Assembly (NCBI GenBank): GCA_963825525.1
Contig: CAWGTN010000001.1
Span: forward strand, 192,001 to 256,000
Length of the DNA: 64,000 nt
Direction: 5' to 3'
DNA from: an uncultured Chloroflexia bacterium
Lineage (GTDB): Bacteria; Chloroflexota; Limnocylindria; QHBO01
The notes beneath the pieces are model-generated. The model was not told the origin of the DNA and made no database searches. It saw only the letters and a program-made list of their open reading frames with translations. Numbering within the stretch: the stretch's first letter is position 1; every line of letters starts with the position of its first letter. Both the position numbers and the translations under genes were made by a program. This document shows, piece by piece, positions 38,253-49,748 of this stretch.

Positions 38253-38342
38253 GGGCGAATGATAGCGCGCGGATGAGCCTCGTCTCGTCATTGCCGCGCC
38301 ATTGCAGGAAACTACGTAAATCTCCTGGAATCTGTGTAAGCC

Positions 38343-38906
38343 TCAGACGATCCAGCCACAATCGGTTCGATCAACCTGCGTCCTGGTCTCGGTGGGTTCC
38401 GGCCTGAGGCCGTCCTCCGGGGCGTGGGCATTGACGAGAGGACGGGTTCCGAGGCGCCGGTCGGCCGTGACCAGTGAAGCACGACGAACCTGTGCGTCGG
38501 TCACCGGCGACCCGACCTCGGATGGATCGGCAGGGGCGGGGAGCGTGCCCGCCGAGCCGGAGCTGGATCGTGCGGTGACGACGCTCCCGTCGGGGTAGCT
38601 CAACCAGAGGCCACGCAATCTCGCGATGAAGTGCTCCGCCATTCCAGGCACGAGCAGGTCGACCATGCCCCGTCCGGATCGACGGTAGCCACGCGGGCGC
38701 TCATCTGCCTGGACCCGGTCCACGAAGCCACGGGACAGCAGCTCCTCAATGGCGACCCGGACCGCATCCGGTGCCTCGATCTCGGAGTGGCCATCGCGGA
38801 ACGTCGCGCGGCCGACGACCTCCGGCTCCGTGGCGCCGCGCGCCGTGCTGAGCAGCTCGAAGACGAGGGTATCCTCGGTTCGCGGATCGGCGCTTCGGTC
38901 GAACAT
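38343..38906 (-). CDS. Hypothetical protein (187 aa)
   Basis: -10 TATTCT 6 nt before ATG; plausible globular N-half; ends DRTDCGWIV. Confidence 0.7.
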   Translation of the reverse strand: MFDRSADPRTEDTLVFELLSTARGATEPEVVGRATFRDGHSEIEAPDAVRVAIEELLSRGFVDRVQADERPRGYRRSGRGMVDLLVPGMAEHFIARLRGLWLSYPDGSVVTARSSSGSAGTLPAPADPSEVGSPVTDAQVRRASLVTADRRLGTRPLVNAHAPEDGLRPEPTETRTQVDRTDCGWIV

Positions 38907-39016
38907 GGGTCGAGAATAGCGCAGCGCAAGGCACTCGCGTGGCCCCCGCGACGCACGCCGACCTCCGCTAGAATCGGTCCTCGAGCGAGGGTTGGCAGCG
39001 ACCGGATGGAGGCAGC

Positions 39017-39373
39017 GTGAGCGAGATCGAAGAGAAGGGCTACCGCGAAATGGTGGCCGCGCAGAACGACGCGCAGGTGGATACCTGGGCGGCGGATCTG
39101 TTCATCGACTTCGCGAAGCGCCTCGGCGTGGGCACGGCGATCGCCGCGTTCTGCCAGGCGGGCGGTCTCGATGCGCGCTCATTCCAGCGTGCGTACCTGG
39201 TCGGCGGCGGGCCGGATCACACGGTCGGCATCGACACGGCCGGGGCACTGGCCGCCCCGATCTTCGAGTTGCCGAGGGCGATCGCCGGCCTGCGACGGAT
39301 CGATCCGGATGCGCGCGCCAAGCTCATCGACTTCCTCGTGCAGCACCGCGAGGTCATGTCGTACACCGCCTGA
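39017..39373 (+). CDS. Hypothetical protein (118 aa)
   Basis: GGAGG SD before GTG; -10 TAGAAT upstream; typical codon bias. Confidence 0.75.
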   Translation: MSEIEEKGYREMVAAQNDAQVDTWAADLFIDFAKRLGVGTAIAAFCQAGGLDARSFQRAYLVGGGPDHTVGIDTAGALAAPIFELPRAIAGLRRIDPDARAKLIDFLVQHREVMSYTA

Positions 39374-39385
39374 CGGCGGGCGGCG

Positions 39386-40378
39386 CTACTCGGCCTCGTC
39401 CTGGGACGAACTGCCGGATCGCATCAGTGCGATGGCGTTCTCGATCTTCAGCTTGGTGATGGTCAGGTGCTTGGCAAAGTTCGCCCGGTTGACCTCGCCG
39501 ATCTGATCCATCATGTCAGGCTGTCGGAGGATGTCGACCAAATCGTCGACGCCCTCGGCAAGCTTCGAGCGGGCGCCCATCAGGGCATCGTCAGCAGCCT
39601 TCTTGGCCTGGACCTCACCGGCAACGGTCCGCGCTCGTCTGGGCGACTTGCCGGCAGCGAGATCGGCTTCCTCGGGTTTGCCACCGCCGGTGATCACCCG
39701 CAGCTTCGCGAGCGACAGCTCACCCGCGGCGATCCGCTTACCGAGTCGACGGCGCTGGCGTTCGTCGCCGATCTTCATCAGCTCATATGCATGACTGATC
39801 GTGTCTTTGCGCAACGACACGAGCTCCCGAATGTCGGCGGGCGCATCGGACAAGCGCAGACGGTTTTCGATGTAGCCCTTGTCCTTGCCGACCTTCTGCG
39901 CCAGCTGGCGCACGGAGTATCCGAATGCCTCCGTCATGCGACGGAACATCGCTGCCTCTTCGAGCGGCGACACATCCTCGCGCTGAAGGTTCTCGATGAT
40001 GCTGACTTCCAGGGCGGTGGATTCGTCGAAGTCCACCACGATCGCCGGAATCGTCTCGCGTTCTGCCATGCGGGACGCACGCCAGCGTCGCTCACCGGCG
40101 ATCAGCTCGAACTGCGCGCCGCTCGGCCGCACGAGGATCGGCTGGAGCACGCCGTGCTCGCGGATTGAATCGGCCAGCTCCGTCAGCGAATCCTCGTCAT
40201 AGGACAGTCGCGGCTGCGCCGGGTTCGGAAGGATCTTGCCGACCGGGACCTCGCGGATCTGTGCGTGGGTCGCGCGTGACTCGATGAGTGACACGATCCC
40301 CGGAGCAAGGTCGGTGTGCTGCGCCTCGTCGAAAAGCCGGTGAATGTTCTCTTTGAACGCCGGCCGCTTCTCAGCCAA
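39386..40378 (-). CDS. parB: ParB/Spo0J-family CTPase, atypical
   Basis: PNPAQPR, LADSIREHGVLQPILVRP, LIAGERRWRA, ENLQREDV, HTH; TTG start after AGGAGGTG. Confidence 0.9.
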   Translation of the reverse strand: MAEKRPAFKENIHRLFDEAQHTDLAPGIVSLIESRATHAQIREVPVGKILPNPAQPRLSYDEDSLTELADSIREHGVLQPILVRPSGAQFELIAGERRWRASRMAERETIPAIVVDFDESTALEVSIIENLQREDVSPLEEAAMFRRMTEAFGYSVRQLAQKVGKDKGYIENRLRLSDAPADIRELVSLRKDTISHAYELMKIGDERQRRRLGKRIAAGELSLAKLRVITGGGKPEEADLAAGKSPRRARTVAGEVQAKKAADDALMGARSKLAEGVDDLVDILRQPDMMDQIGEVNRANFAKHLTITKLKIENAIALMRSGSSSQDEAE

Positions 40379-41138
40379 GTTCAATCACCTCCTGCGCTAG
40401 ATCGCGGAAGGCGCGCGCTGCGGCCGATCCGGTCGCGTATTCCGTCACCGGCTTTCCGGTGAGCGGTGCCTCGCCAAGCTTCACGGTCTGCTTGATCATG
40501 GTGTTGAAGACCCGATGATCACCGAGCTGGCGCAGGTTCTCGAGCATCTCGCGCGCGAGGACTGTTCGCCCATCGAAGAACGTCGGGAGCAGGCCAAGCA
40601 CCTCGAGATCGTGATTCAGCTTGATCTTGATGGTGTTGATGACCTTGATCAGGGCGGTGAGTCCCTTGATCGCGTAGTACTGCGTCTGCACCGGGATGAT
40701 CACGCGATTGCTGGCAACCAATGCGTTGATCGTCAGCAGGCCGAGCGTCGGGGGACAGTCGATGATGATGACGTCGAACTGTCGTTCTGCCCAACCGGCC
40801 AGCGAGTCGCGTAGCACCATCTCCCGACCGATCGCGGTGAACAGCTCAACCTCGGTGGACGCGAGCTCGAGCGTTGCCGGAGCCACCCACAGCCCATCGG
40901 TCTGGGTGGCGCGCACCACGTCGTCCAGTGAGACGCGGTCTTCGGAGAGGACGTCGGCCATCGACTGGCGAACATCCGAGAGGGAGATGCCCAAGCCGAC
41001 GGTGAGATTTGCCTGGGGGTCCATGTCGACGCACAGGACGCGATATCCGCGCTCAGCCAGTGCCCCGCCCAGGTTGATCGAGCAGGTCGTCTTGCCGACT
41101 CCGCCCTTCTGGTTGGCGATTGAGATTACCTTTGTCAA
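40371..41138 (-). CDS. parA: ParA/Soj-family ATPase
   Basis: ANQKGGVGKTT, VDMDPQANLT, IIDCPPTLGLLTINAL, LGEAP; TTG start after GAAGGTG. Confidence 0.95.
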   Translation of the reverse strand: MTKVISIANQKGGVGKTTCSINLGGALAERGYRVLCVDMDPQANLTVGLGISLSDVRQSMADVLSEDRVSLDDVVRATQTDGLWVAPATLELASTEVELFTAIGREMVLRDSLAGWAERQFDVIIIDCPPTLGLLTINALVASNRVIIPVQTQYYAIKGLTALIKVINTIKIKLNHDLEVLGLLPTFFDGRTVLAREMLENLRQLGDHRVFNTMIKQTVKLGEAPLTGKPVTEYATGSAAARAFRDLAQEVIELG

Positions 41139-41229
41139 CGCGTCACCTTCGTGCGGTTGGGCGGGGGGTTCCGTCGCGGTTTGCGACGCGATGATGATAG
41201 GCCGCGGACCGGGCCGCGGTCCATCGGAG

Positions 41230-41299
41230 TTGTCCACAACGTGGAGAAATCCGGCTGTCGTTGTGCAAAGACATCCGTCTATACTCGAAGTTGTCCACC
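41230..41299. promoter_or_regulatory. DnaA-box-like sites and -10 of tRNA/pccB promoter in the parA divergent region
   Basis: TTGTCCACA 41230-41238, TTCTCCACG (minus) 41240-41248, TTGTCCACC 41291-41299; TATACT 41280-41285. Confidence 0.5.
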
Positions 41300-41310
41300 G
41301 TCGGTCCTGC

Positions 41311-41386
41311 GGGCCCGTAGCTCAATGGTCAGAGCAACCGGCTCATAACCGGATGGTCGCAGGTTCGATTCCTGCCGGGCCCACCA
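41311..41386 (+). tRNA. tRNA with CAT anticodon, most likely tRNA-Ile2 (lysidine)
   Basis: GGGCCCG/CGGGCCC acceptor stem (paired position 1, so not initiator), loop CTCATAA, GTTCGATTCC, ACCA end; elongator Met not excluded. Confidence 0.93.
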
Positions 41387-41413
41387 GCCGCACACAGCGA
41401 AGGAGTCCCTCGC

Positions 41414-42964
41414 GTGTCCACCGCCGATAAGCTTGATCGCCTGCGGCAGCTGCGCGAGGAGTCTCGCTTGGGTGGGGGAGCGCGGCGGCTGGAACAGCAG
41501 CACGCCCGGGGCAAGCTGTCCGCTCGAGAGCGACTCGAGTTGCTGCTTGACGACGATTCGTTCACCGAGCTGGACGCATTCGTGACGCATCGGGCCACCG
41601 ATTTCGGTCTGGACGAGGAGCGGTACCTCGGTGACGGCGTGATCACCGGGTTCGGGCGGATCGACGGACGTCCCGTGTACGTCTACAGCCAGGACTTCAC
41701 GGTCTTCGGCGGATCGCTCTCCGAGGCGCATGCCGAGAAGATCTGCAAGGTGATGGACCTCGCGGTGGAGAACGGGGTGCCGATCATCGGTCTGTCGGAC
41801 TCGGGCGGCGCCCGCATACAGGAAGGCGTCGTCAGTCTCGGCGGGTACGCCGACATCTTCCTTCGCAACACGCTGGCATCTGGCGTGGTACCCCAGATCT
41901 CGTTGATCATGGGCCCGTGTGCTGGAGGAGCCGTGTACTCACCGGCGATCACCGACTTTGTCGTGATGGTGGAGGGCACGAGCTACATGTTCGTGACCGG
42001 CCCGAACGTCGTGAAGACGGTGACCCATGAGGAGATCGACTTCGAGGGCCTGGGCGGCGCGCAGATTCACAACGAGACGAGCGGTGTCGCGCATTTCCTT
42101 GCCGCGGGAGAGCCGCAGGCGCTGCAGCTTGCGCGAACCTTGTTCGGGTACCTCCCAGCGAACAATGTGGATCTGCCGCCGCGCCCCGACGCGTGGGAGT
42201 CGCCATCAATCTCCAGCGACGCACTCGATAGCCTGATTCCAGATTCACCGAAGCAGTCCTACGACATGCATACGGTGATCGGTGGAATCGTCGACGCCGA
42301 ATCATTCACCGAGGTGCATGCGCAGTTCGCGCGCAACATCATCTGCGGGCTCGGCAGGGTCGAAGGACGGACGGTCGGTATCGTGGCGCAGCAGCCCGAG
42401 GTACTTGCCGGTGTGCTGGACATCGACGCGTCCGACAAGGCCGCGCGATTCGTTCGCACCTGCGACTGCTTCAACATCCCGTTGGTGACGCTTGTCGACG
42501 TCCCCGGATTTCTGCCCGGTGTCGAACAGGAGCACCGAGGAATCATTCGTCACGGTGCAAAGCTGCTGTACGCGTACTGCGAGGCGACCGTTCCGAAGAT
42601 CACGGTGATCACGCGCAAGGCGTACGGCGGCGCATATGACGTCATGAGCAGCAAGCATGTCCGGGGCGACATGAACTTTGCATGGCCCACGGCCGAGATC
42701 GCGGTCATGGGTGTCGAAGGTGCCGTCAACATCATCTTCCGTGACGAGATCGGTGCAGCCGCGGACGAGGTCGCGGAGCGCGCGCGACTGGTAACGGAGT
42801 ACGAGGAGCGGTTTGCCAATCCTTATGTCGCCGCGGCCCGCGGCTACGTCGACGAGGTGATCCTTCCGTCGGAGACGCGGGCTCGGATCTCCGGTGCGTT
42901 GACGATCCTGGCGAACAAGCGGCAGTCGGTGCCGCCCAAGAAGCACGGCAATATTCCGCTCTGA
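41414..42964 (+). CDS. pccB: Propionyl/acyl-CoA carboxylase carboxyltransferase subunit
   Basis: [68 protein letters not shown]. Confidence 0.96.
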   Translation: MSTADKLDRLRQLREESRLGGGARRLEQQHARGKLSARERLELLLDDDSFTELDAFVTHRATDFGLDEERYLGDGVITGFGRIDGRPVYVYSQDFTVFGGSLSEAHAEKICKVMDLAVENGVPIIGLSDSGGARIQEGVVSLGGYADIFLRNTLASGVVPQISLIMGPCAGGAVYSPAITDFVVMVEGTSYMFVTGPNVVKTVTHEEIDFEGLGGAQIHNETSGVAHFLAAGEPQALQLARTLFGYLPANNVDLPPRPDAWESPSISSDALDSLIPDSPKQSYDMHTVIGGIVDAESFTEVHAQFARNIICGLGRVEGRTVGIVAQQPEVLAGVLDIDASDKAARFVRTCDCFNIPLVTLVDVPGFLPGVEQEHRGIIRHGAKLLYAYCEATVPKITVITRKAYGGAYDVMSSKHVRGDMNFAWPTAEIAVMGVEGAVNIIFRDEIGAAADEVAERARLVTEYEERFANPYVAAARGYVDEVILPSETRARISGALTILANKRQSVPPKKHGNIPL

Positions 42965-42971
42965 TCGATCA

Positions 42972-44492
42972 GTGTCTTTGCGCACGGACAGACCGTCCCC
43001 ACCATTCCGTCGTCTGCTCATCGCGAACCGCGGCGAGATCGCCATCCGCGTCATTCGGGCCTGCCGGGAACTGGGGATCTCGCCGATTGCCGTCCACTCG
43101 GACGCTGACGTGGACGCGCTGCACGTTCGACTGGCCGACGAGAGCCACCGGATCGGGCCGCCCCCGTCGGCCGACTCCTACCTCTCGATCGAAGCGATCC
43201 TGGCCGCCGCCCGGGACGCGGGTGCTGAGGCAATCCATCCCGGCTATGGGTTCCTTTCCGAGAACAGCGACTTCGCCCGGGCAGTGACCGACGCCGGCCT
43301 CGTCTTCGTCGGTCCGCCCCCGGAGACGTTGGCGGCCCTGGGCAACAAGCTCGCGGCTCGTCGCGGCGCGGAGGCAGCGAGTGTCCCGATCGTCCCTGGT
43401 ACGACCGTCGCCGTCGAGGACGGATCGGTGGACCTGGAGTCGGTGGGCTTCCCCTTGATGCTCAAGGCCGCGGCCGGCGGTGGCGGGCGAGGGATGCGTC
43501 GGGTGGATGCAGCGGCCGACGTCGAGGCAGCCCTGACCGCCGCCCGGCGCGAGGCCATTGCCGCGTTCGGCGACGGGACCGTCTACGCCGAGCGACTGCT
43601 GGCGCCGGCACGACACGTGGAGGTTCAGCTGCTCGGTGACCGGCACGGCCGCCTCGCGGTCCTGGGAGAACGTGACTGCAGCATCCAGCGGCGACACCAG
43701 AAACTGGTCGAGGAGTCGCCATCGCCGGCTGTCGACGAGGTGACTCGCCAGGCATTGTTCGAGAGCGCCCGGCGTGTCGCCGCGACCGTTGACTTCCACA
43801 GCGCCGCCACCGTGGAGTTCCTCGTCGACGCCGACCGCCAGCACTATTTCCTCGAGATGAACACGCGGCTGCAGGTGGAGCACGGCGTCACCGAGCTGGT
43901 GACGGGCTTCGATCTGGTGGCATGGCAGATCCGAATCGCGGCCGGCGAACCCATTCCCGACGACATGCTGGACGCGCCGCGGCGGGGCCACGCCATCGAA
44001 GTCAGGCTGTATGCCGAGGATCCCTACGACGACTTCCGACCCAGCACCGGCAGGGTGACCGCCTGGCGGATGGCGGACGGACCCGGGGTCAGGGTCGATG
44101 CCGGCGCCGAGGCCGATATGGACCTGCGGACCGAGTACGACCCGCTGCTGGCCAAGCTCCTGGTCCATGCCGAGGACCGCCAGTCCGCCATCGCACGACT
44201 GCGTCGAGCGCTTGACGAGACCCTGATCGGTGGCGTGCAGACCGATGCCGGATTCCTCCGCTGGCTGGCGGACCAGCCCGAGTTCACCTCGGGCGACTAC
44301 GACACCGGGTTCATCCCTGACCGCTGGACGGCGGGTCGACGCCTGGGATTGGAGGACGCAGCGCTGGCTGCCACGGCCGCCGTCCTGGCCCGTGCCGCGT
44401 CGCGACCCTCGGCGGCGCCAATCAGCACCGGACCCGCAGACACGGGCAATGCCTGGGGCCGTGTCGGTCGCGTCGAGGGCCGCCGAGGATGA
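42972..44492 (+). CDS. accC: Biotin carboxylase subunit of acyl-CoA carboxylase
   Basis: LLIANRGEIAIRV, IHPGYGFLSEN, KAAAGGGGRGMR, ERDCSIQRRHQK, FLEMNTRLQVEH, YDPLLAKL. Confidence 0.94.
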   Translation: MSLRTDRPSPPFRRLLIANRGEIAIRVIRACRELGISPIAVHSDADVDALHVRLADESHRIGPPPSADSYLSIEAILAAARDAGAEAIHPGYGFLSENSDFARAVTDAGLVFVGPPPETLAALGNKLAARRGAEAASVPIVPGTTVAVEDGSVDLESVGFPLMLKAAAGGGGRGMRRVDAAADVEAALTAARREAIAAFGDGTVYAERLLAPARHVEVQLLGDRHGRLAVLGERDCSIQRRHQKLVEESPSPAVDEVTRQALFESARRVAATVDFHSAATVEFLVDADRQHYFLEMNTRLQVEHGVTELVTGFDLVAWQIRIAAGEPIPDDMLDAPRRGHAIEVRLYAEDPYDDFRPSTGRVTAWRMADGPGVRVDAGAEADMDLRTEYDPLLAKLLVHAEDRQSAIARLRRALDETLIGGVQTDAGFLRWLADQPEFTSGDYDTGFIPDRWTAGRRLGLEDAALAATAAVLARAASRPSAAPISTGPADTGNAWGRVGRVEGRRG

Positions 44493-44956
44493 CGGAGCTG
44501 AAGGCGTGGATCGATGGCGAACTCGTCGAGACCGAAGCTGATGAGGTTCGCCTGGACCTGGATGACGAACGTCACGGTGCCGGGCGGCTCATCGCCGGCG
44601 GGTCCGTCATGGCGGTGATCGTCGAGGGCTCGGGCAGCGATTGGGTCGTGACCCTGCGCGGCCGGCGGATCCCGGTCACGGTGCGCTCCTGGAGGGAGGA
44701 GGTTCTGGCCGCCGCCGAGACCGCCGCATCGACCCACTCCGGGCCGATCGAGGTCAAGGCGACCCTGCCGGGAATGGTGGTGGCAGTCAGCGCGACGGTG
44801 GGCCACGACGTGAGCGAGGGTGACTCGCTCGTGACCATCGAGGCCATGAAGATGCAGAACGAGGTTCGCGCCCCGCGCGCTGGTCGGGTGATCGAAGTCT
44901 CGGTGGTACCCGGTCAGACGGTCGCCACCGGGGCGGCGCTGCTTCGGCTCGAGTGA
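44489..44956 (+). CDS. Biotin carboxyl carrier protein
   Basis: EAMKMQNE biotinylation motif. Confidence 0.93.
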   Translation: MTELKAWIDGELVETEADEVRLDLDDERHGAGRLIAGGSVMAVIVEGSGSDWVVTLRGRRIPVTVRSWREEVLAAAETAASTHSGPIEVKATLPGMVVAVSATVGHDVSEGDSLVTIEAMKMQNEVRAPRAGRVIEVSVVPGQTVATGAALLRLE

Positions 44957-44981
44957 TCGCGGCGCGTACAATCGGTGGCCG

Positions 44982-46576
<1,595 letters not shown>

Positions 46577-46580
<4 letters not shown>

Positions 46581-47026
46581 GCGACTCGGCGGCGGGGCCG
46601 GGGATCGGTCCGATTCATCACGTGGCCGTGGTCGTGCGTTCGATCGAGGCCTCGTTGGAGCGCTACCGCGGGCTGTTGGGTCTTGTTCCCGAGAGCGAAC
46701 CCGTGATGTTCGCGCCCCAGGGCGTGCGTCTCTGCTTCCTTCGCAGCGGTCCGTCGCCCGCTGCCATGATCGAGCTCATCGAGCCCGTCGATCCCGATGG
46801 CGGCGTAGCTCGCTTCCTCGAGGCGCGCGGGGAGGGGCTTCATCATGTCTGCTTCAGCACGTCCGATCTGCCGGCCGAGCTCGAGAGGCTCGCCCTGCAC
46901 GAGGCCGAGCTCATCGATCGCCACCCGCGGCCCGGTGCCCATGGATCGGTGGCGTTCATCCACCCCCGCACGCTCAACGGCGTGCTCTGGGAGCTCCTGG
47001 CTCAATCGGAGCAGGTGAAGCCGTAG
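46577..47026 (+). CDS. mce: Methylmalonyl-CoA epimerase (VOC family)
   Basis: [43 protein letters not shown]; follows the mutase. Confidence 0.92.
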
Positions 47027-47616
47027 CGAGCGTTGGCCAACTGGTCGTGGCCGATGTCATTCACCTCGCGGGCGATCTCGAGATCAACGGATGCGTCGCC
47101 GTCGCGCAGCACGGCGGCGCCGTTCGTCAGGGTGATGATCTGTGAACCGAGCAACTCATCCAGCGAGCGACCCGGGTCCCAGGCGGGCAGGTCGGTGAGG
47201 ACGGCATCGGCATCGGCGACGGCGTCCACCACCTCCCGCCACGCTTCGTTCCGCTCGGCGGCTGAGGTGGCCGCAACGCCTCGCTCCAGCGCCTGGGTGC
47301 CCTGCTCCAGGGAGGAGAAACCGGCGCACACCGCCTCGCGATAGCCCGCGGGCGCCGGATTGCGCCCCGGGTCGTCGCGCAGGTAGCCGATGGCGATGAC
47401 CACGCCCACCAGCAGCACCAGCGCGAGCGTGACACCCAGCCCGCAGCCCGCGAATCGGAACACCCCCACGCCCCGATGTGGCTCGGGCTCTCGTCCGCGT
47501 TCCGATGGCGGCTTCGGGGCATATCGGCTCCCGTCCCGCTCATCGGGATGCAGCGGCTCCCGGACGGGGCCCTTGGGTCCCTGTCCGCCCGCCCCGGCCG
47601 GGAACAGGCTTGTCAC
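47002..47616 (-). CDS. Hypothetical single-TM membrane protein
   Basis: TM GCGLGVTLALVLLVGVVIAIGYL followed by a helical domain with two Cys; start uncertain; 25-nt convergent overlap with mce. Confidence 0.65.
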   Translation of the reverse strand: MTSLFPAGAGGQGPKGPVREPLHPDERDGSRYAPKPPSERGREPEPHRGVGVFRFAGCGLGVTLALVLLVGVVIAIGYLRDDPGRNPAPAGYREAVCAGFSSLEQGTQALERGVAATSAAERNEAWREVVDAVADADAVLTDLPAWDPGRSLDELLGSQIITLTNGAAVLRDGDASVDLEIAREVNDIGHDQLANARYGFTCSD

Positions 47617-47625
47617 GCCGGATCG

Positions 47626-48507
47626 CTACCGGACGCCGGCGTCGCGCAGGAGCTGCGGGATGTGGCTGGGCGAGTCGGCGACCCGGATGCCGGCCGCCTC
47701 GAGGGCCTGGCGCTTCGATTCCGCCGTGCCTCCACCACCGGTCGAGATGATCGCCCCGGCGTGGCCCATCCGGCGGCCGGGTGGGGCCGTCCGACCCGCG
47801 ATGAACGCGGCCATCGGCTTGCGGACCTCCCGCGCGCAGAAGGCCGCGGCCTTCTCCTCCTCCTCGCCGCCGATCTCGCCGATCATCACGATCGCTTCGG
47901 TCTCGTCGTCCTGGTTGAACAGGTCGAGGATGTCGATGAAGTTCGTCCCGATGATCGGGTCGCCGCCGATGCCGACGCAGGTCGTCTGACCCAGTCCCGC
48001 ATCGGTCATGGCCTGCACCACCTCGTAGGTCAGCGTTCCCGATCGCGAGACGAGGCCAACCGGCCCGCGGGCGTGGATGTCGCCCGGGATGATCCCGACC
48101 TTGGCCTCTCCGACGGTCGTCAGGCCGGGGCAGTTCGGCCCGATGAGCCGCACGCCCTTCTGCTTGAGCACGTGGTAGACGCGCAGCATGTCGAGCGCGG
48201 GGACGCCCTCGGTGATGCAGATGACGAGCGGCACGTTGGCGTCGGCCGCCTCGAGCATGGCGTCCGGGGCGAAGGCGGCGGGAACGAAGATGCACGTCGC
48301 ATTGGCGCCCGTCTGCTCAACGGCCTCGGCCACGGTGTCGTACACCGGCACGCGCCCGTCGAGCGCCTTCTGGCCACCCTTGCCCGGGGTCACGCCTGCC
48401 ACGATGTTCGTGCCGTACTCGAGCATGGCCGTCGAGTGGAATTCGCCCTCGCGCCCCGTGATGCCCTGCACCAGGAGTCGCGTCTCGGCGTTGACGAGAA
48501 TGCTCAT
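47626..48507 (-). CDS. sucD: Succinyl-CoA ligase alpha subunit
   Basis: [38 protein letters not shown]. Confidence 0.98.
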   Translation of the reverse strand: MSILVNAETRLLVQGITGREGEFHSTAMLEYGTNIVAGVTPGKGGQKALDGRVPVYDTVAEAVEQTGANATCIFVPAAFAPDAMLEAADANVPLVICITEGVPALDMLRVYHVLKQKGVRLIGPNCPGLTTVGEAKVGIIPGDIHARGPVGLVSRSGTLTYEVVQAMTDAGLGQTTCVGIGGDPIIGTNFIDILDLFNQDDETEAIVMIGEIGGEEEEKAAAFCAREVRKPMAAFIAGRTAPPGRRMGHAGAIISTGGGGTAESKRQALEAAGIRVADSPSHIPQLLRDAGVR

Positions 48508-49643
48508 GCCGCACCTCGCACGGCCGCGACGGCTTTCGCGGCGGCATCGTCCAGCGAGTCGGCGGTGATGAGATTCGCCTCGGCCAGGATCGGCTTTGCC
48601 TCCTCGGAGTTGGTGCCGACGATCCGGACGACCATGGGCACGTCGCGGGTCAGCGCCGCCCGCGCCTCGACGATGCCGCGGGCCACCTCGTCGCCGCGGG
48701 TGATGCCGCCGAAGATGTTGATGAGGATCGCCTTCACGTTCGGATCGTCGAGGATGATCCTGAATGCCGCCGTGACCTTGTCCTGCTTCGCGCCACCGCC
48801 GATGTCGAGGAAGTTCGCCGGCTCGCCACCGGCGAGCTTCACGAGGTCCATCGTGGTCATGGCCAGCCCTGCACCGTTGACCATGCAGCCGATGCTGCCG
48901 TCGAGCTTGATGAAGCTGATGCCGGCCTCGCGCGCGGCGATCTCGGAGGGTTCCTCCTCGTTCAGGTCACGCATCTCCTCGAGGTCGGGATGGCGCGGGA
49001 GCGCCGAGTCATCCAGCACGATCTTGGCGTCGAGGGCCTGCAGCTGGCCGTCATCGGTGACGACGAGCGGGTTGATCTCGGCGAGGTCCGCATCGGACGC
49101 GATGAAGGCGGCATACAGGCCGCGCATCACCTTCGCGAAGTCCTTGCGCAGCTCGGCCGGAATGCCCAGGAAGAAGCCGATGCGACGCGTCTCGTGCTCC
49201 TGCAGCCCGATGAGCGGATGGAGCGGCAGGCGGAGGATGGCCTCGGGATTCGTCTTGGCCGTCTCCTCGATCTCGACTCCGCCCTCGGCCGATGCGATGA
49301 CGGTGATCGCCTTCGTCGCCCGATCGAGGATCAGGCCGAGGTAATACTCGTGCGCGATGTCCGCGGCCGGTGCCACGAGCACGGTCTTCACCGTGGTGCC
49401 CTTGATGTCGAGGCCGATGATCTCGCCCGCCCGTTCGGCTGCCTCGTCCGGGGTTGCCGCCAGCTTCACGCCGCCGGCCTTGCCGCGGCCTCCCACCAGC
49501 ACCTGCGCCTTGACGACGACCGGTCCGCCGATCTGCCTCGCGGCGTCGCGCGCCTCGTCGGGGCTCGTCGCGGTGATGCCCGCCAGCAGTGGGACCCCGT
49601 GGCGGGCGAGGATCTCCTTCGACCGATACTCCTGGAGCTTCAA
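48504..49643 (-). CDS. sucC: Succinyl-CoA ligase beta subunit
   Basis: [49 protein letters not shown]; TTG start. Confidence 0.98.
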   Translation of the reverse strand: MKLQEYRSKEILARHGVPLLAGITATSPDEARDAARQIGGPVVVKAQVLVGGRGKAGGVKLAATPDEAAERAGEIIGLDIKGTTVKTVLVAPAADIAHEYYLGLILDRATKAITVIASAEGGVEIEETAKTNPEAILRLPLHPLIGLQEHETRRIGFFLGIPAELRKDFAKVMRGLYAAFIASDADLAEINPLVVTDDGQLQALDAKIVLDDSALPRHPDLEEMRDLNEEEPSEIAAREAGISFIKLDGSIGCMVNGAGLAMTTMDLVKLAGGEPANFLDIGGGAKQDKVTAAFRIILDDPNVKAILINIFGGITRGDEVARGIVEARAALTRDVPMVVRIVGTNSEEAKPILAEANLITADSLDDAAAKAVAAVRGAA

Positions 49644-49748
49644 ACGTCTCTCCTGATGCGGATCGATGACCGGGGCGCTCGGACCGGGGCCCTTGCGGGC
49701 GACCCGATTCTACCGGGGTTGATGGACGCGACGGTTAGGCTTGGGCAG

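Noticed and set aside
35953-41310. Genomic island between tRNA-Asn and tRNA-Ile
   Set aside because: No integrase, transposase or duplicated tRNA 3' end seen; the slightly lower GC around parAB-pccB is only an impression and was not computed
41139-41310. Replication origin
   Set aside because: Only about three DnaA-like boxes, no AT-rich unwinding element and no dnaA/dnaN nearby
48990-49748. N-terminal 253 aa of the 802-aa ORF
   Set aside because: Overlaps sucC antisense; the MFS protein starts at ATG 49749
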